Source of the DNA: Nitrospinota bacterium
GTDB taxonomy: Bacteria > UBA8248
NCBI GenBank assembly: GCA_046581755.1
Contig: JAYGFR010000031.1
Coordinates: 5,671-69,670, forward strand
DNA length: 64,000 nucleotides
Direction: 5' to 3'
In this document: in pieces, positions 49,102-59,837 of the stretch
How positions within the stretch are numbered: the stretch's first letter is position 1
Layout of the letters: every line of letters begins with the position of its first letter
The notes under the pieces: model-generated
The model's database searches: none
What the model saw: the letters and a program-made list of their open reading frames with translations, nothing else
What the model was told of the DNA's origin: nothing
Made by a program: the position numbers and the translations under genes

Positions 49102-49890
49102 TTAAATCGCCTTCAGGCGGCCTCCGTCCACCAAAATATACCCGCCCGTGATGTAGCTCGCCCCTGGCGAGACCAAAAAACCCACCATCGCACCGAATTC
49201 ATCCGGCTCCCCAAGCCGGCCGAGCGGAATCTGCTTGGTGGCCACGGCCAGGGATTCTTCGAGCGAGATATTTTTCTTTTTCGAGAAGGCGGCGCGGTTC
49301 TGTCTCACCCGGTCGGTCAGAACCGCACCGGGAGCCACCACATTAACCAGAATTCCATCGCCGGCCAGTTCGCGGGAGAGGAATTTCGACAGCCCCGCCA
49401 CAGCGGGCCGCATCACGTTCGAAAGAGTCAAGTTCGGGATGGGCTCCCGAACCGAGCCGGAAAGATTAAAAATAATCCGGTCGTATCCGCGCCCTTTCAT
49501 ATGTGGCAAGACGGCATCGACAAGACGCACCGCGCTCATGACGCTCAATTCGAACGCACGGCGCCAGTCATCGTCCGAAAAGTCATTAAACTCACCCGGC
49601 GGCGGGCCGCCCGCATTCGACACCAGAACATCCACCCCTCCGAAATGTCCCGCCCCGCCCTCGATGAAATATTTTACGCCTTCCACCGTGCCGATACCGG
49701 CCGCACAATGCCAGGTTTCGATATCCGCCTCTTTTGAAATATCTTCCGCGGCGGCGGCGGCCTCATCGGCATTTCGTGAGAACAACCCGATCTTCGCCCC
49801 TCGGCGGGCCATCGACAGCGCCGACGCACGTCCGAGACCTTTGCTGGCCGCGGATACAAGAGCGACCTTCCCTTCCATATTTCGCATCAA
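49102..49890 (-). CDS. SDR-family oxidoreductase
   Basis: SAASKGLGRA cofactor motif. Confidence 0.85.
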   Translation of the reverse strand: MMRNMEGKVALVSAASKGLGRASALSMARRGAKIGLFSRNADEAAAAAEDISKEADIETWHCAAGIGTVEGVKYFIEGGAGHFGGVDVLVSNAGGPPPGEFNDFSDDDWRRAFELSVMSAVRLVDAVLPHMKGRGYDRIIFNLSGSVREPIPNLTLSNVMRPAVAGLSKFLSRELAGDGILVNVVAPGAVLTDRVRQNRAAFSKKKNISLEESLAVATKQIPLGRLGEPDEFGAMVGFLVSPGASYITGGYILVDGGRLKAI

Positions 49891-49902
49891 ATACCTCCCA
49901 CG

Positions 49903-50331
49903 TTAGGAATCATTGCCTTCGGCGATCTCGACGAAATAGCGCATCACGTCGATTTCGGTAATGATTCCAAGTAGTTCACGGTCATTGTTGACCACGGGAA
50001 GACACCCGATTCTCATCTCGAGCATGCGCTTGGCCGCGTGCACGACTGGCTCGTTCGGATCGGCCAGCTTCACATCCTTGACCATCACCTTCTCGACATC
50101 GGTAGCCTCTAGCAGCTCTTTGCGATCCTCTTTGGAGAAATTGATCCCCGAGGAAAGTTTCGCGCGGAGCAGGTCTCGTTGGGTCACCAGGCCGACGACA
50201 AAACCCCCTTTAGTCACCGGCATGTGGCGGATATCTCCACTCGACATGATCTCATCGACGAGATCCAGTTTTTCATCGAGGCTGATGGTGACAACGCCCG
50301 TGGTCATAATTTTACTGACACGTTCATCCAA
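49903..50331 (-). CDS. CBS-domain pair protein
   Basis: 142 aa with two CBS repeats. Confidence 0.8.
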   Translation of the reverse strand: MDERVSKIMTTGVVTISLDEKLDLVDEIMSSGDIRHMPVTKGGFVVGLVTQRDLLRAKLSSGINFSKEDRKELLEATDVEKVMVKDVKLADPNEPVVHAAKRMLEMRIGCLPVVNNDRELLGIITEIDVMRYFVEIAEGNDS

Positions 50332-50352
50332 AAATTTCCCCCCTGGCGCCGG

Positions 50353-51219
50353 TCAAGAACCGCCTCCACCTCCCCGGGGTACGGCGAGAACCAGCGCCGG
50401 CACAATTCTTCCAGCCAAGAAAGTCAAATATCCATCTCCCTGAACCACCAACTGGGAACTCGACCCCCCATCGAGGTTCATCGCCTCAATTGCCCCCAGG
50501 CCGCCATCCGGCTCGGAGCGGACCAAAAAATTCTGAAGTTCGCACCAGGAGATCCCGCGCCCGATTTCCTCGCTCACCATGAAAATGAGGCGCCCTTTTT
50601 CCCCGAATGCCAAGATCGTCCGCCTGTCCGCTCGGCGGTACTCGCGGTATGCGTCCAGCCCGGGGTCGGGCCGCCCCCCGCGCACGAGATAGGGGCCGGC
50701 CTGAAACGCCTCCCGAACCCCTTTCGAATCGAAATCCTCGCGGGTTGCGATACCCACCTTTCCGGAACCTTTCAAGACGTAAAAAACCGCTCCCAAGTGA
50801 AGCGCCCGCCGCCGTCCCCGGAAAAGAAGGCGGCTGTTGAAAATCGTATCGGCCGTGCGGAAGTAGCCGAGCGGCCTTCCTTTTTCGTCGAAATATCCCG
50901 CGTTCACCACAACGGCGGCCTTGGTCATCTGCGCAATTATGCGCACGGCCTCGGACCTTATATTTTTGCCCGCCTGCCACCTGAGCCGAATATCGAATTG
51001 ATCCGGATCGAGCCGCGCCGCGGTCATCCTTGAGGTGGTGCCATCCTCGAAACGGATTTGAATCTTTCTGACTTCCATCCCCGGGCCAATGGTGCGCCAA
51101 GTGTTTATTCCGCCTACCAAGCGGGTCTTACAGCCATCTTCCGAAGCATGGGCGGTGGCAACGGCGGCGATGAAAATCGCCGCCGCGAAGGACAACCCGG
51201 CATTCCGGAATTTGACCAC
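50353..51219 (-). CDS. Phosphodiester-glycosidase-family (DUF2233, NAGPA-like) secreted protein
   Basis: A signal peptide and a C-terminal …NLDGGSSSQL… motif. Confidence 0.55.
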   Translation of the reverse strand: MVKFRNAGLSFAAAIFIAAVATAHASEDGCKTRLVGGINTWRTIGPGMEVRKIQIRFEDGTTSRMTAARLDPDQFDIRLRWQAGKNIRSEAVRIIAQMTKAAVVVNAGYFDEKGRPLGYFRTADTIFNSRLLFRGRRRALHLGAVFYVLKGSGKVGIATREDFDSKGVREAFQAGPYLVRGGRPDPGLDAYREYRRADRRTILAFGEKGRLIFMVSEEIGRGISWCELQNFLVRSEPDGGLGAIEAMNLDGGSSSQLVVQGDGYLTFLAGRIVPALVLAVPRGGGGGS

Positions 51220-51282
51220 GGCCCCCCCCCCTTCGCTCCCTACCAGCGTATTATGAGCCTTTCCTGACGACGAAGCCCCCCG

Positions 51283-52953
51283 TCAAAATCCAACGGCGCA
51301 ACCGTCCCTGCGATGGTCCGACCCGCCCATGTAAGCGTCCCCCGGCATGCGAACAATCCCCTGCCCGCCTCCGAAGCCCTCGTAACCGCCGCTCCGAGCC
51401 ACATCGTGGCCTCTTTCGCGAAGGTCTTCGAGCACATCGTCCGGAACGCCGCCCTCGATGGCGACCTCCCGGCCCTCCAGGATGCGAAACCGGGGCGCCT
51501 CGATAGCCTCCTGAATGTTCATGCCAAAATCCACCATGTTGGACAGGACCTGGACATGGCCCTGGGGCTGCATGTCACCTCCCATGATGCCGTAGCTCAT
51601 CCACGGCTCACCGTCCTTCATCACGAATCCGGGGATGATGGTATGAAACGGCCGCTTCCCGGGCGCGATGCAATTGAGATGGCCCTCCTCCAGTTCGAAG
51701 CCGAAACCTCGACTCTGGAGCATGATCCCCGTATCGCCCGCCGTGACGCCGGATCCGAAATGATGGAAAAGGCTGTTGATGAAGGAGCACATGTTTCCGT
51801 CGCGGTCTGCGGTGGTGAGATAGATCGTGTTGCTCGATCTCGGCGGGGAGCCGGAAACAGGATCGCCGGCCACGTCCGCCAGAATCAATTCGCGCCGGCT
51901 TTCGGCATACGCCTTGGACAAAAGCCCCTCCAGAGGGACTTCGGCCTGCGCCATATCGGTGATGTACTTCCCCCTGTCCGCGAAGGAGAGCTTCATCGCC
52001 TCGATGAGACGGTGGAGATGATCCGCACAGCCGTAGCTGTAATCCGACAGCGGATACCCTTCGAGAATGTTCATGCAAATGAGAGCGGCAAGCCCCTGGC
52101 CGTTCGGAGGAATCTCGCAAAGCTCATAACCCCGGTAGTTCGTCCGGATGGGCTCGACCCAGGTGCAGCGGGTGTCCGCGAAATCCTCCATTTCGAACAG
52201 GCCGCCCAGTTCCCCCGAAGCGGCTACAATCGCCTCGGCCACCGGCCCGTGGTAGAAGGCTTCTCTTCCGCCATCGGCCAGGAGCCGGAACGTGGCGGCC
52301 AGATTTGGATTCCGGAACACTTCACCCACCTTCGGCGCCCGCCCGCCAGGAAGATAGGTCCGCTTCGAGGCTTCGAAGGAGGAGAGTTTCTCTTCCTGCA
52401 TTCGCCAGGCGTTTCCGATGATGGGCGTCACCGGAAATCCATTTTCCGCGTAATGGATGGCCGGGGCCAGCAGATCGGTCATCGATTTTTTTCCGCTCCC
52501 GAACCGATCGAGCGCCGAGCACCAGCCGTCGAACGCGCCCGGCACGGTGACCGCAAAAATCCCCTTCTGGGGAGCGATGGTGAACCCCTCGCTCCGGTAG
52601 CGCTCCAGGGTGGCGGCGCGGGGGGAGCGGCCGCTCGCGTTCAGGCCGGCAAGTTGCTTCTGGGCGGCATCCCAATAGATCAGGAACATGTCGCCGCCGA
52701 TGCCGGTGGACTGGGGCTCCACTACGTTGAGCGCGGCCGCGCCGGCGATGGCGGCGTCCATCGCGTTCCCTCCCTCCCGGAGGATCTGAAGGGCCGCAAT
52801 GGCGGCGAGGGGCTGGCTGGTCGCCACCATTCCCTCTTGCGACAGGACCGGAGAGCGGCCCGCGGGCAAGGAGGTTTTCGTTGTCGGCGGCAGCCTTTTT
52901 GTTTTCGAGTCCAAAAGCATTGTCTGGCTCATTCGAAAAATAACTCCAAGCAC
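51283..52953 (-). CDS. ggt: Gamma-glutamyltransferase family protein
   Basis: 556 aa with the GGT fold and a Thr nucleophile region (…NTIYLTTADRDGNMCSF…). Confidence 0.8.
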   Translation of the reverse strand: MLGVIFRMSQTMLLDSKTKRLPPTTKTSLPAGRSPVLSQEGMVATSQPLAAIAALQILREGGNAMDAAIAGAAALNVVEPQSTGIGGDMFLIYWDAAQKQLAGLNASGRSPRAATLERYRSEGFTIAPQKGIFAVTVPGAFDGWCSALDRFGSGKKSMTDLLAPAIHYAENGFPVTPIIGNAWRMQEEKLSSFEASKRTYLPGGRAPKVGEVFRNPNLAATFRLLADGGREAFYHGPVAEAIVAASGELGGLFEMEDFADTRCTWVEPIRTNYRGYELCEIPPNGQGLAALICMNILEGYPLSDYSYGCADHLHRLIEAMKLSFADRGKYITDMAQAEVPLEGLLSKAYAESRRELILADVAGDPVSGSPPRSSNTIYLTTADRDGNMCSFINSLFHHFGSGVTAGDTGIMLQSRGFGFELEEGHLNCIAPGKRPFHTIIPGFVMKDGEPWMSYGIMGGDMQPQGHVQVLSNMVDFGMNIQEAIEAPRFRILEGREVAIEGGVPDDVLEDLRERGHDVARSGGYEGFGGGQGIVRMPGDAYMGGSDHRRDGCAVGF

Positions 52954-54017
52954 TAAAAAGAATCGGGGGGGGGTTGTCCCTTCAGGAACACGGACTCAAT
53001 ACATCTTTCGCCGTCCGGCGAGACGGCGAGGGCATCCGGCCCGACGATGCACCGCTCCAAGGATACCTTCTCCCCGACCTCCGCCCCAGGAAACAACACC
53101 GAATGTACGACCGAGGCGCCCTCGCCCAGAGTAGCACCGCCTCCCAAAACCGCGAAAGGGCCGGCGGAGGCTCCCCGGCCCAGGCGCACCCCTTTTCCGA
53201 TCAGAACGGGCGGATGGACCACGCCCCCGCCCCAATCCATGGAGGGCCCTTCCACCAGCACATCCCCTCCGGCGGGCCAATCCATCCCGGGGACAAACCG
53301 CCCGGCGAGCAGATCGTCTGCGGCATCCAGATACCGTGCCGGCGTGCCAACGTCGGCCCAGTAGGAATTCGTCACCAGCGCGCCGATGAGGGCGCCCCCT
53401 TCGATCAAGGGGGGATACACCTCCTCGGAAATCCCGCAAGGACGCCCCGGGGGGATGTGGTCGAGAAATTCTGGAGATAAAACGCTCTGCCCGGTAAACA
53501 TCCCCTCGGTCAGGGCGCCGGCGGGCTGGCCGGGCGCCTCGGCCCGGAGAAACCTCCGGAGCCGCCCCGCCTTATCCACGGCCAGTAGACCGAATTTTTC
53601 CGCTTCCGGCGACGTGCGCAAAACCAGTGTCGCCAGGAATCCGCCCGCCTGATGGCGGGCCAGCGCCACCTCCAGATCGGCATTGCTTATGATATCGGCG
53701 TTTAATACGAAAAACGGCCCGCCAGTCTCCCGCAGGAAGGCTTCCGCCTGTTTAATCCCACCCGCCGTTCCCAATATCTCGGGCTCGAACGAGTAGCGGA
53801 TCTCTACGCCACAGGCCGATTCCCCGAGTTCTGCCCGAATCGCCTCGGCCCGGTGATGGAGGTTCACGACGGCTTCCTTCACGCCCGCCCGGCGGAGCCT
53901 GTCCAGAGCAAACCGGATCACCGGCACGCCGCCCAGAGGCAAGAGCAGCTTGGGCACCGATTCGCCGAGCGAGCCCATCCGGACGCCGAGGCCCGCCGCT
54001 AGGACAAAAGCGCGCAT
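52953..54017 (-). CDS. Sugar-phosphate nucleotidyltransferase with a C-terminal left-handed beta-helix
   Basis: N-terminal LAAGLGVRMG…GGVPV nucleotidyltransferase motif and hexapeptide-like C-terminal repeats. Confidence 0.7.
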   Translation of the reverse strand: MRAFVLAAGLGVRMGSLGESVPKLLLPLGGVPVIRFALDRLRRAGVKEAVVNLHHRAEAIRAELGESACGVEIRYSFEPEILGTAGGIKQAEAFLRETGGPFFVLNADIISNADLEVALARHQAGGFLATLVLRTSPEAEKFGLLAVDKAGRLRRFLRAEAPGQPAGALTEGMFTGQSVLSPEFLDHIPPGRPCGISEEVYPPLIEGGALIGALVTNSYWADVGTPARYLDAADDLLAGRFVPGMDWPAGGDVLVEGPSMDWGGGVVHPPVLIGKGVRLGRGASAGPFAVLGGGATLGEGASVVHSVLFPGAEVGEKVSLERCIVGPDALAVSPDGERCIESVFLKGQPPPDSF

Positions 54018-54192
54018 CGCCAGCCCAAAATGAACCTCTCCAAATGGCGGCGAACGATTTCATGCCACAGGCACCCCGCCCGGCCGAAAGCAATGGCGCA
54101 ATTTCTTTCAATCGGCATGGGTCAAAGCCGCCTGTCCGGGGGGGGCGAATGTGAAAAGATGGATTCGCACGGACGGCCGCTGGACCGGTGTC

Positions 54193-55098
54193 TTAATCGG
54201 AGGAATTCCCGTTTTTCCTGCGGCGGAAGAACGATTGGATCTCATCCGCAAGCTCTTCGCCCGAGGGCAACTCCTCGGGTTCCGTGCCTTGGGCTTCCTC
54301 GTCTTCGTCCAGGTCCTTCTTGGCCCGGGTATTCCACAGATCCGTCTGGGAGAGAAGGCGAGCAATTCCGGGCCGATCTTCGATGGCTTCCTTTATCTGG
54401 GAATCAAACTGATCCACCGACTTTTGCAGTTCGCTCAGGTCGAACCGAACCTCTCCAGTGGCCCCGAGACGATCCAGAAGGGCATGAGCCGCCTTTGGAT
54501 TCGGCAGCGAGGAGATGTAATGCGGGATATTGGCCCAAAGGCTCACCGCCGGAATCCGCGCATTCTGGAACTGGGTATGAATCACGCCCACGATGCCGGT
54601 CGGACCCTCGTATTTGGTTGCCGCCACCCCGGTGCGATCCGCCAGGCTGGGGTCGGTCGCCAGGCAAACCAATTCGGGCGGTTCGGTGTGGGACAGTCCT
54701 GCCAGCAAGGCACCCATGGTCACCGCCAGGCGCGATTTGCACACCTGGACAAGTTCGAGAACATCCTGGCTGAACGTCTTCCACCTGAGTTGCGGCTCCA
54801 CACCGACGCACACCACCAGGTCGCGCGATAGGTCCGGATGCTTGCAATAATAAAACGCGTTCTCGGGCCAGGAGATCTTACGGTTTCCATCCCTATCGAG
54901 CCGGACGAGGGGCCGTTGGTCCGAATACTGAAAAAATTCATCCGGTCCAAACCACGCGAAGCGCTTGCCTCTGTATTGATTGATCAGGAACCGCGCGGCG
55001 ATGGTCGCCGACCGGGCGGCATCGTTCCATCCCTCAAAAGCCAGAACAAACATCGGATCGCGGAGTTCTGGAAGGATCTCGATGTGAAGATTTTTCAT
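54193..55098 (-). CDS. PAC2-family (proteasome-assembly-chaperone-like) protein
   Basis: 301 aa. Its composition is PAC2/DUF75-like, and it has an acidic C-terminus. Confidence 0.5.
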   Translation of the reverse strand: MKNLHIEILPELRDPMFVLAFEGWNDAARSATIAARFLINQYRGKRFAWFGPDEFFQYSDQRPLVRLDRDGNRKISWPENAFYYCKHPDLSRDLVVCVGVEPQLRWKTFSQDVLELVQVCKSRLAVTMGALLAGLSHTEPPELVCLATDPSLADRTGVAATKYEGPTGIVGVIHTQFQNARIPAVSLWANIPHYISSLPNPKAAHALLDRLGATGEVRFDLSELQKSVDQFDSQIKEAIEDRPGIARLLSQTDLWNTRAKKDLDEDEEAQGTEPEELPSGEELADEIQSFFRRRKNGNSSD

Positions 55099-55249
55099 TG
55101 TGGAATTCTCTCCGGATCAGGCAGCCGGCCGGTAACAGGCCCCATATCGGAATTTCATTTTACCCTCGGCTCCCGGCTCACCTCAAGGCAAGCCCGGGAA
55201 GAGGGCGGGCGAAACCCGCTATCTGACACCGGACATTCGCTTTCAGGAC

Positions 55250-56143
55250 CTATCCGGCCTGCCCCGAGGGATGCTCGCCGAGGGCGTCGTAAACGATCCC
55301 GACGCCGTTTTTCTGGAGCAAATAAGCCCTGTCGCCCAGGACGCGAGGATGCTCAAGGCCGGGTCGATCGATGTAATTCACCCGCTCCTGGACCTCCTCG
55401 CGACCGAGCCCGAGATCCTTGAGCTTCTTCACCTCCCCAATGACGTCGAACATCCTTTGCCGCTGGCGGGGAATTTCATCTTTCCGGCAAGGGCCGCCGT
55501 GTCCCGGCACGTACCAGTCCACGTCGAGGGATTCCAGCAAGGCGAGCGATTCGAACCACTCCCAGACCGCAGCCGAATGGAAGAAGGGATAATTGCCGGG
55601 GGTGATGTTGTCCGCCGTGAAGACAACGCGGGCCTCCACGGCGTGAACGACCGTCTGGCCCCGCGTGTGGCCGGGCGAGAATATGAGATGAAAGGTTTGG
55701 CCGCCGAGCCGAAGCGTCATCCGGCTGCGAAAAGTGATGTCCGGCCAGCGGATTTCGTACCCATCGAGGAGAGGCCCGCACTCGGGATCGTAAAACAGCA
55801 TGCGCTCCTTGGCCACCTCGACGGAGGGAAGCGAGGTCAGGAAGTCGGAATAGGTCACCTCGCTCGAAATGATCGTCCCTCCCCCCAGATACCAGTTCGA
55901 TGCGATGTGATCTTGATGATGTTCGGTGTTGATGTGGTAGCGGAGGGGCCCTTTCGAAGCAATGAAATCACGCCATTCGATCGCGTCGCTGGGCTTCATG
56001 GGGCCGTCGATGGCGACGACGCCCTCGGAGGTGATCACCATCCCCACTGTGGGGTAACGGTTCATGTAAAAAACCTGGTCGGTCAATGAGTCCATCGCTG
56101 CCTCACTGGGGGGCGGGAGAGCCGGATTTACAGGCGTGCCCAT
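55250..56143 (-). CDS. MBL-fold metallo-hydrolase
   Basis: HHQDHIAS motif. Confidence 0.7.
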   Translation of the reverse strand: MGTPVNPALPPPSEAAMDSLTDQVFYMNRYPTVGMVITSEGVVAIDGPMKPSDAIEWRDFIASKGPLRYHINTEHHQDHIASNWYLGGGTIISSEVTYSDFLTSLPSVEVAKERMLFYDPECGPLLDGYEIRWPDITFRSRMTLRLGGQTFHLIFSPGHTRGQTVVHAVEARVVFTADNITPGNYPFFHSAAVWEWFESLALLESLDVDWYVPGHGGPCRKDEIPRQRQRMFDVIGEVKKLKDLGLGREEVQERVNYIDRPGLEHPRVLGDRAYLLQKNGVGIVYDALGEHPSGQAG

Positions 56144-56163
56144 CCTCCCGTGCCGGCCCCCTG

Positions 56164-56718
56164 TTATCCTGAAATCCCTTCGAGCTCCAAGGGCTCGCCG
56201 TTCAGTTCGATTTCACTTTTGAGCGGGACGGATGACTGGATCATCCGCTCGGCGTAGCAACCCTGCTTGGCGTTCCGGATAAGCAGAGCGATCTTCTCGG
56301 GCGGGGCACCGCTTTCCACCCGGAAAATCGTTCGCGTCTCTGTGCACCCGGACTCGACCGTCCCCTTCAATACCGAACCACGCAAAAAATAGTCCATCTC
56401 CACCCGACAACTCGCCTTGGTGATCTCGATTTTCATCATGTGCGCGTACCGCGCCAGCTGGGTGAGCAGTCAGAAACCCACCCCCATGCAGATATAGGTG
56501 AGAGGCTGGGGATAGCAATCCTGCCCCCCGATTCGGGGCGGCTCATCGCAAAACACCTCGAACTTCTCCTTCCGCCCCACCTTGATCTGGCCGTCGCCGC
56601 TCCACTCGGTCTCCGCCCATTGGTAGGAAACCGTCCCTTGGGGCGGAAGCTCGGGCTTGTCGATGAGCCGCTCCCCGAGAACGGCACTGAGCTCTGTCGT
56701 CACTATCGGTTTTTCCAT
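56164..56718 (-). CDS. OsmC/Ohr-like selenoprotein, copy 2 (Sec encoded by TGA at 56472-56470)
   Basis: Track ORFs 56470..56754 and 56164..56439 are in the same frame and separated by TGA. The joined sequence is …PQPLTYICMGVGF-U-LLTQLARYAHMMKIEITK…NAKQGCYAERM…. This is the same architecture and TGA position as copy 1, with about 70 % identity. The start was set at MEKPIV (56718). Confidence 0.7.
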
Positions 56719-56998
56719 AATCAGGCCCTTTTTGAGAAAACGCAGGTGCATCATCCGCTTCGGTTAAATGGGAGCCGAATGCCCTCTGACGGTCAAAATT
56801 CCGGGTACCAGCCCATATTTTCAAAAATACCCCGTCAAAGCCAGACCCCGAACCATTATCCCGAGAATTAACGGGGCGCGGCCCGATTTACGCCCTTGAA
56901 TCTGGCTCCCATTTCAGCCATTATCCGTCCTCCCCGGACCTCCGGGGAAAACGGATGCAGCCGCGCCACTAATGCCAGAACGACCCTGGAGCAAACCA

Positions 56999-58804
56999 AT
57001 GGCCTCGACCATTCGGGACGACATTCGAAATTTCGCGATCATCGCCCATGTGGACCACGGCAAAACCACACTCGTGGATTCCATGCTCTGGCAGACCGGA
57101 ATCTTCCGCGAGGGCCAGGTGGTCGCCAGCCGGGTCCTCGATTCGATGGACCTTGAGCGTGAAAAAGGCATCACCATCATGGCGAAAAATTGCGCCGTTA
57201 AATACAAGGGCATCACCCTCAACATCGTCGATACACCCGGCCACGCGGATTTCGGCGGCGAGGTCGAGCGGGTGCTCTCTTTGGTGGACGGCGCCCTGCT
57301 CCTGGTGGACGCCTCCGAGGGGCCGCTTCCGCAGACCCGCTTCGTGGTCAGCAAGGCGCTCGAGCGCAACCTCCCCTTCGTCCTTATCATCAACAAGGTG
57401 GACCGCTCGGACGCGCGCCCCGAGGAGGTTTTGAACGAAGTGTACGACCTGTTCATCGACCTGGAAGCCACCGAGGATCAACTTGAGTTCCCCGTCCTTT
57501 ACGCTATCGCCAAGGAGGGCCGCACGGGCACATCGCCCGAAGCTCTCTCGGACAACCTCGAACCCCTGTTCGATGCCCTGTTAAAAACCATTCCCCCGCC
57601 CACATTCAATGAAGGAGAGCCACTCCAGCTTCTCGTAGCCCAGCTCGAATACGACAACTACGTCGGACGCCTCGCCATCGGCCGGGTGTGGAACGGGGAG
57701 ATTCGAGCGAGGGAAAAGTGCATTCTGATCGGCGCAAAAGGCGAGAACGCCACCGCCGAGATCACCCTCCTCTACGGCTACGAAGGGCTTCTGCGGAAAG
57801 AAATTTCAAAAGCGCGGGCCGGCGATATTGTCGCCGTCGCCGGCTTCGATAAAATCGGAATCGGGGATACCATTGCCGACCCCGAAAATCCGAAACCGCT
57901 TCCGCCCATCGTCCTCGATGAGCCGACCATCACCATGATCTTCCGGGTGAACGATTCACCCTTCGCGGGCCGGAGCGGTCGATTTCTCACCTCGCGCCAG
58001 ATTCGAACCCGCCTGTTTCAGGAATCGCTCAACAACCCGGCCATCGTGGTCGAGGAAACCGACTCCTCAGACACCTTCCGCCTGTCGGGCCGGGGCTCCC
58101 TCCAGCTGGCCATTCTCATCGAACAACTCCGGCGCGATAGCTTCGAAATTATCGTCGGCCCGCCAGAGGTCATTACGCGCTCCGAAAACGGCAAAAAACT
58201 CGAACCCGTCGAGAACGTCGTCATCGATCTGCCCGAGGAATATATCGGCGCGGTCACCCAAAAGCTCGGCGAGCGCAAAGGCAAGATGACCCAGATGGTC
58301 AACCACGGAAAGGGCCGCGCCCGCCTCGAGTTCCGCATCCCGAGCCGAGGCCTTTTCGGATACCGGACCGAATTCATGACCGACACGCGGGGCACTGGAA
58401 TCTTCACGGCCATCTTCGGTGGGTGGGAGCCCTGGGCGGGCGACATTCCCGGCAGGACCACCGGCGCCCTCGTCGCCGACCGGGCGGGCAGAGTCACTGG
58501 CTATGCCATCGAGCATCTACAGGACAGGGGAACCCTTTTCGTCGCGCCCACCGACAATGTATACGAAGGAATGATCATCGGCGAAAACAGCCGGGAGCAG
58601 AACATGGACATCAACATTACGAAAGAGAAAAAACTCACCAATATGCGGGCCGCCGGCTCCGACAACACCGCCCATATCGTCCCGCCGCGCCTCTTCAACC
58701 TGGAGCAGGCCATCGATTTTCTCAAAGAAGGCGAATGCCTCGAAGTCACCCCCGACGCCTTTCGTTTCCGCAAAACCGAGCTCAAATCAAGAAAGCACGC
58801 GTGA
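56999..58804 (+). CDS. typA: Translational GTPase TypA/BipA
   Basis: The start was re-set to Met10 ([25 protein letters not shown]). G-domain motifs and a BipA-specific C-terminus are present. Confidence 0.9.
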   Translation: MASTIRDDIRNFAIIAHVDHGKTTLVDSMLWQTGIFREGQVVASRVLDSMDLEREKGITIMAKNCAVKYKGITLNIVDTPGHADFGGEVERVLSLVDGALLLVDASEGPLPQTRFVVSKALERNLPFVLIINKVDRSDARPEEVLNEVYDLFIDLEATEDQLEFPVLYAIAKEGRTGTSPEALSDNLEPLFDALLKTIPPPTFNEGEPLQLLVAQLEYDNYVGRLAIGRVWNGEIRAREKCILIGAKGENATAEITLLYGYEGLLRKEISKARAGDIVAVAGFDKIGIGDTIADPENPKPLPPIVLDEPTITMIFRVNDSPFAGRSGRFLTSRQIRTRLFQESLNNPAIVVEETDSSDTFRLSGRGSLQLAILIEQLRRDSFEIIVGPPEVITRSENGKKLEPVENVVIDLPEEYIGAVTQKLGERKGKMTQMVNHGKGRARLEFRIPSRGLFGYRTEFMTDTRGTGIFTAIFGGWEPWAGDIPGRTTGALVADRAGRVTGYAIEHLQDRGTLFVAPTDNVYEGMIIGENSREQNMDINITKEKKLTNMRAAGSDNTAHIVPPRLFNLEQAIDFLKEGECLEVTPDAFRFRKTELKSRKHA

Positions 58805-58817
58805 TGGCAGCCCGCCG

Positions 58818-59837
58818 CTAGCCCCTCGGCTCAAGTTCGAACGCCTCGGCCATGAGTTCGTAGGTTTTCATGCGGAAACCGAAGTCGTAGCACTGGTTCA
58901 CGACAACAAATTCCTCGATGCCGCCGTGCTCCTCGCCCAGGGCAAGCATCTGCGCCTTTACCCCATCGGGCGTTCCGGCGATGGTCCGGCTCAGAGTGTC
59001 GTTCACGAAATGGCGCTCCATCTCGGTGTAGGGGTAGGCGAGCGCCTCCTCGGGCGAGGGTACGCCGCCCGTTTCCCCCTTGCGGTTCCGGAGGAAAAAC
59101 AGGCCTCGGCTTGCCGCGTGGCGGCGGGCCTCTTCTTCATCCTCCGAGCAAAAAACAAACACGCCGAGGCTGGCCTCGGGAACGGTGAGGCGGGAGGAGG
59201 GGCGGAAACGCTCTCGGTATATATTCAAAATCTGCGGCCCGCCGATGTTGTTGATGAAATGGGCAAACGAAAAGGGGCAGCCAAAATGCGCTGCGAGCAT
59301 GGCGCTCTGATCACTGGAGCCGAGCAGCCAAGTCTCGGGCGCGGTCGGACCGTCTGGCATGGCTTGAATATGCTCGAAGGGATGTCCGGGCTCGAGGCCG
59401 CCGCCGAGATACCCCAGCAAATCCGAAACCTTCCGGGGAAAATCCTCGACCGAAAGGGGGTTTCCTCCGTTGGCGAGCGCCTGCGAGGTGAGCCGGTCGC
59501 TTCCAGGGGCGCGGCCGATTCCGAGATCGATCCGTCCCGGATAAAGCGTTTCGAGGACCCGGAAATTCTCGGCCACCTTGAGGGGGCTGTAGTGGCTGAG
59601 CATGACGCCGCCCGAGCCCACCCGGATGTCCTTTGTGCGGGCGGCCACCTGGCCCACCATGATTTCGGGCGAGGGGCCGGCCAATCCGCTGTGGCTGTGA
59701 TGCTCGGCCACCCAATAACGGTGGTATCCCAGGCGGTCGGCCGCTTGGGCAAGCTCTATCGTTTCGCGGATGGCACCGGCCGCCGAGCCACCGCCCCGGA
59801 TCGGGGATTGGTCCAAAACGCTAAGACGAATCATCAA
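58818..59837 (-). CDS. LLM-class (luciferase-like) flavin-dependent oxidoreductase
   Basis: 339-aa TIM-barrel LLM composition (…YHRYWVAEHH…). Confidence 0.8.
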   Translation of the reverse strand: MMIRLSVLDQSPIRGGGSAAGAIRETIELAQAADRLGYHRYWVAEHHSHSGLAGPSPEIMVGQVAARTKDIRVGSGGVMLSHYSPLKVAENFRVLETLYPGRIDLGIGRAPGSDRLTSQALANGGNPLSVEDFPRKVSDLLGYLGGGLEPGHPFEHIQAMPDGPTAPETWLLGSSDQSAMLAAHFGCPFSFAHFINNIGGPQILNIYRERFRPSSRLTVPEASLGVFVFCSEDEEEARRHAASRGLFFLRNRKGETGGVPSPEEALAYPYTEMERHFVNDTLSRTIAGTPDGVKAQMLALGEEHGGIEEFVVVNQCYDFGFRMKTYELMAEAFELEPRG

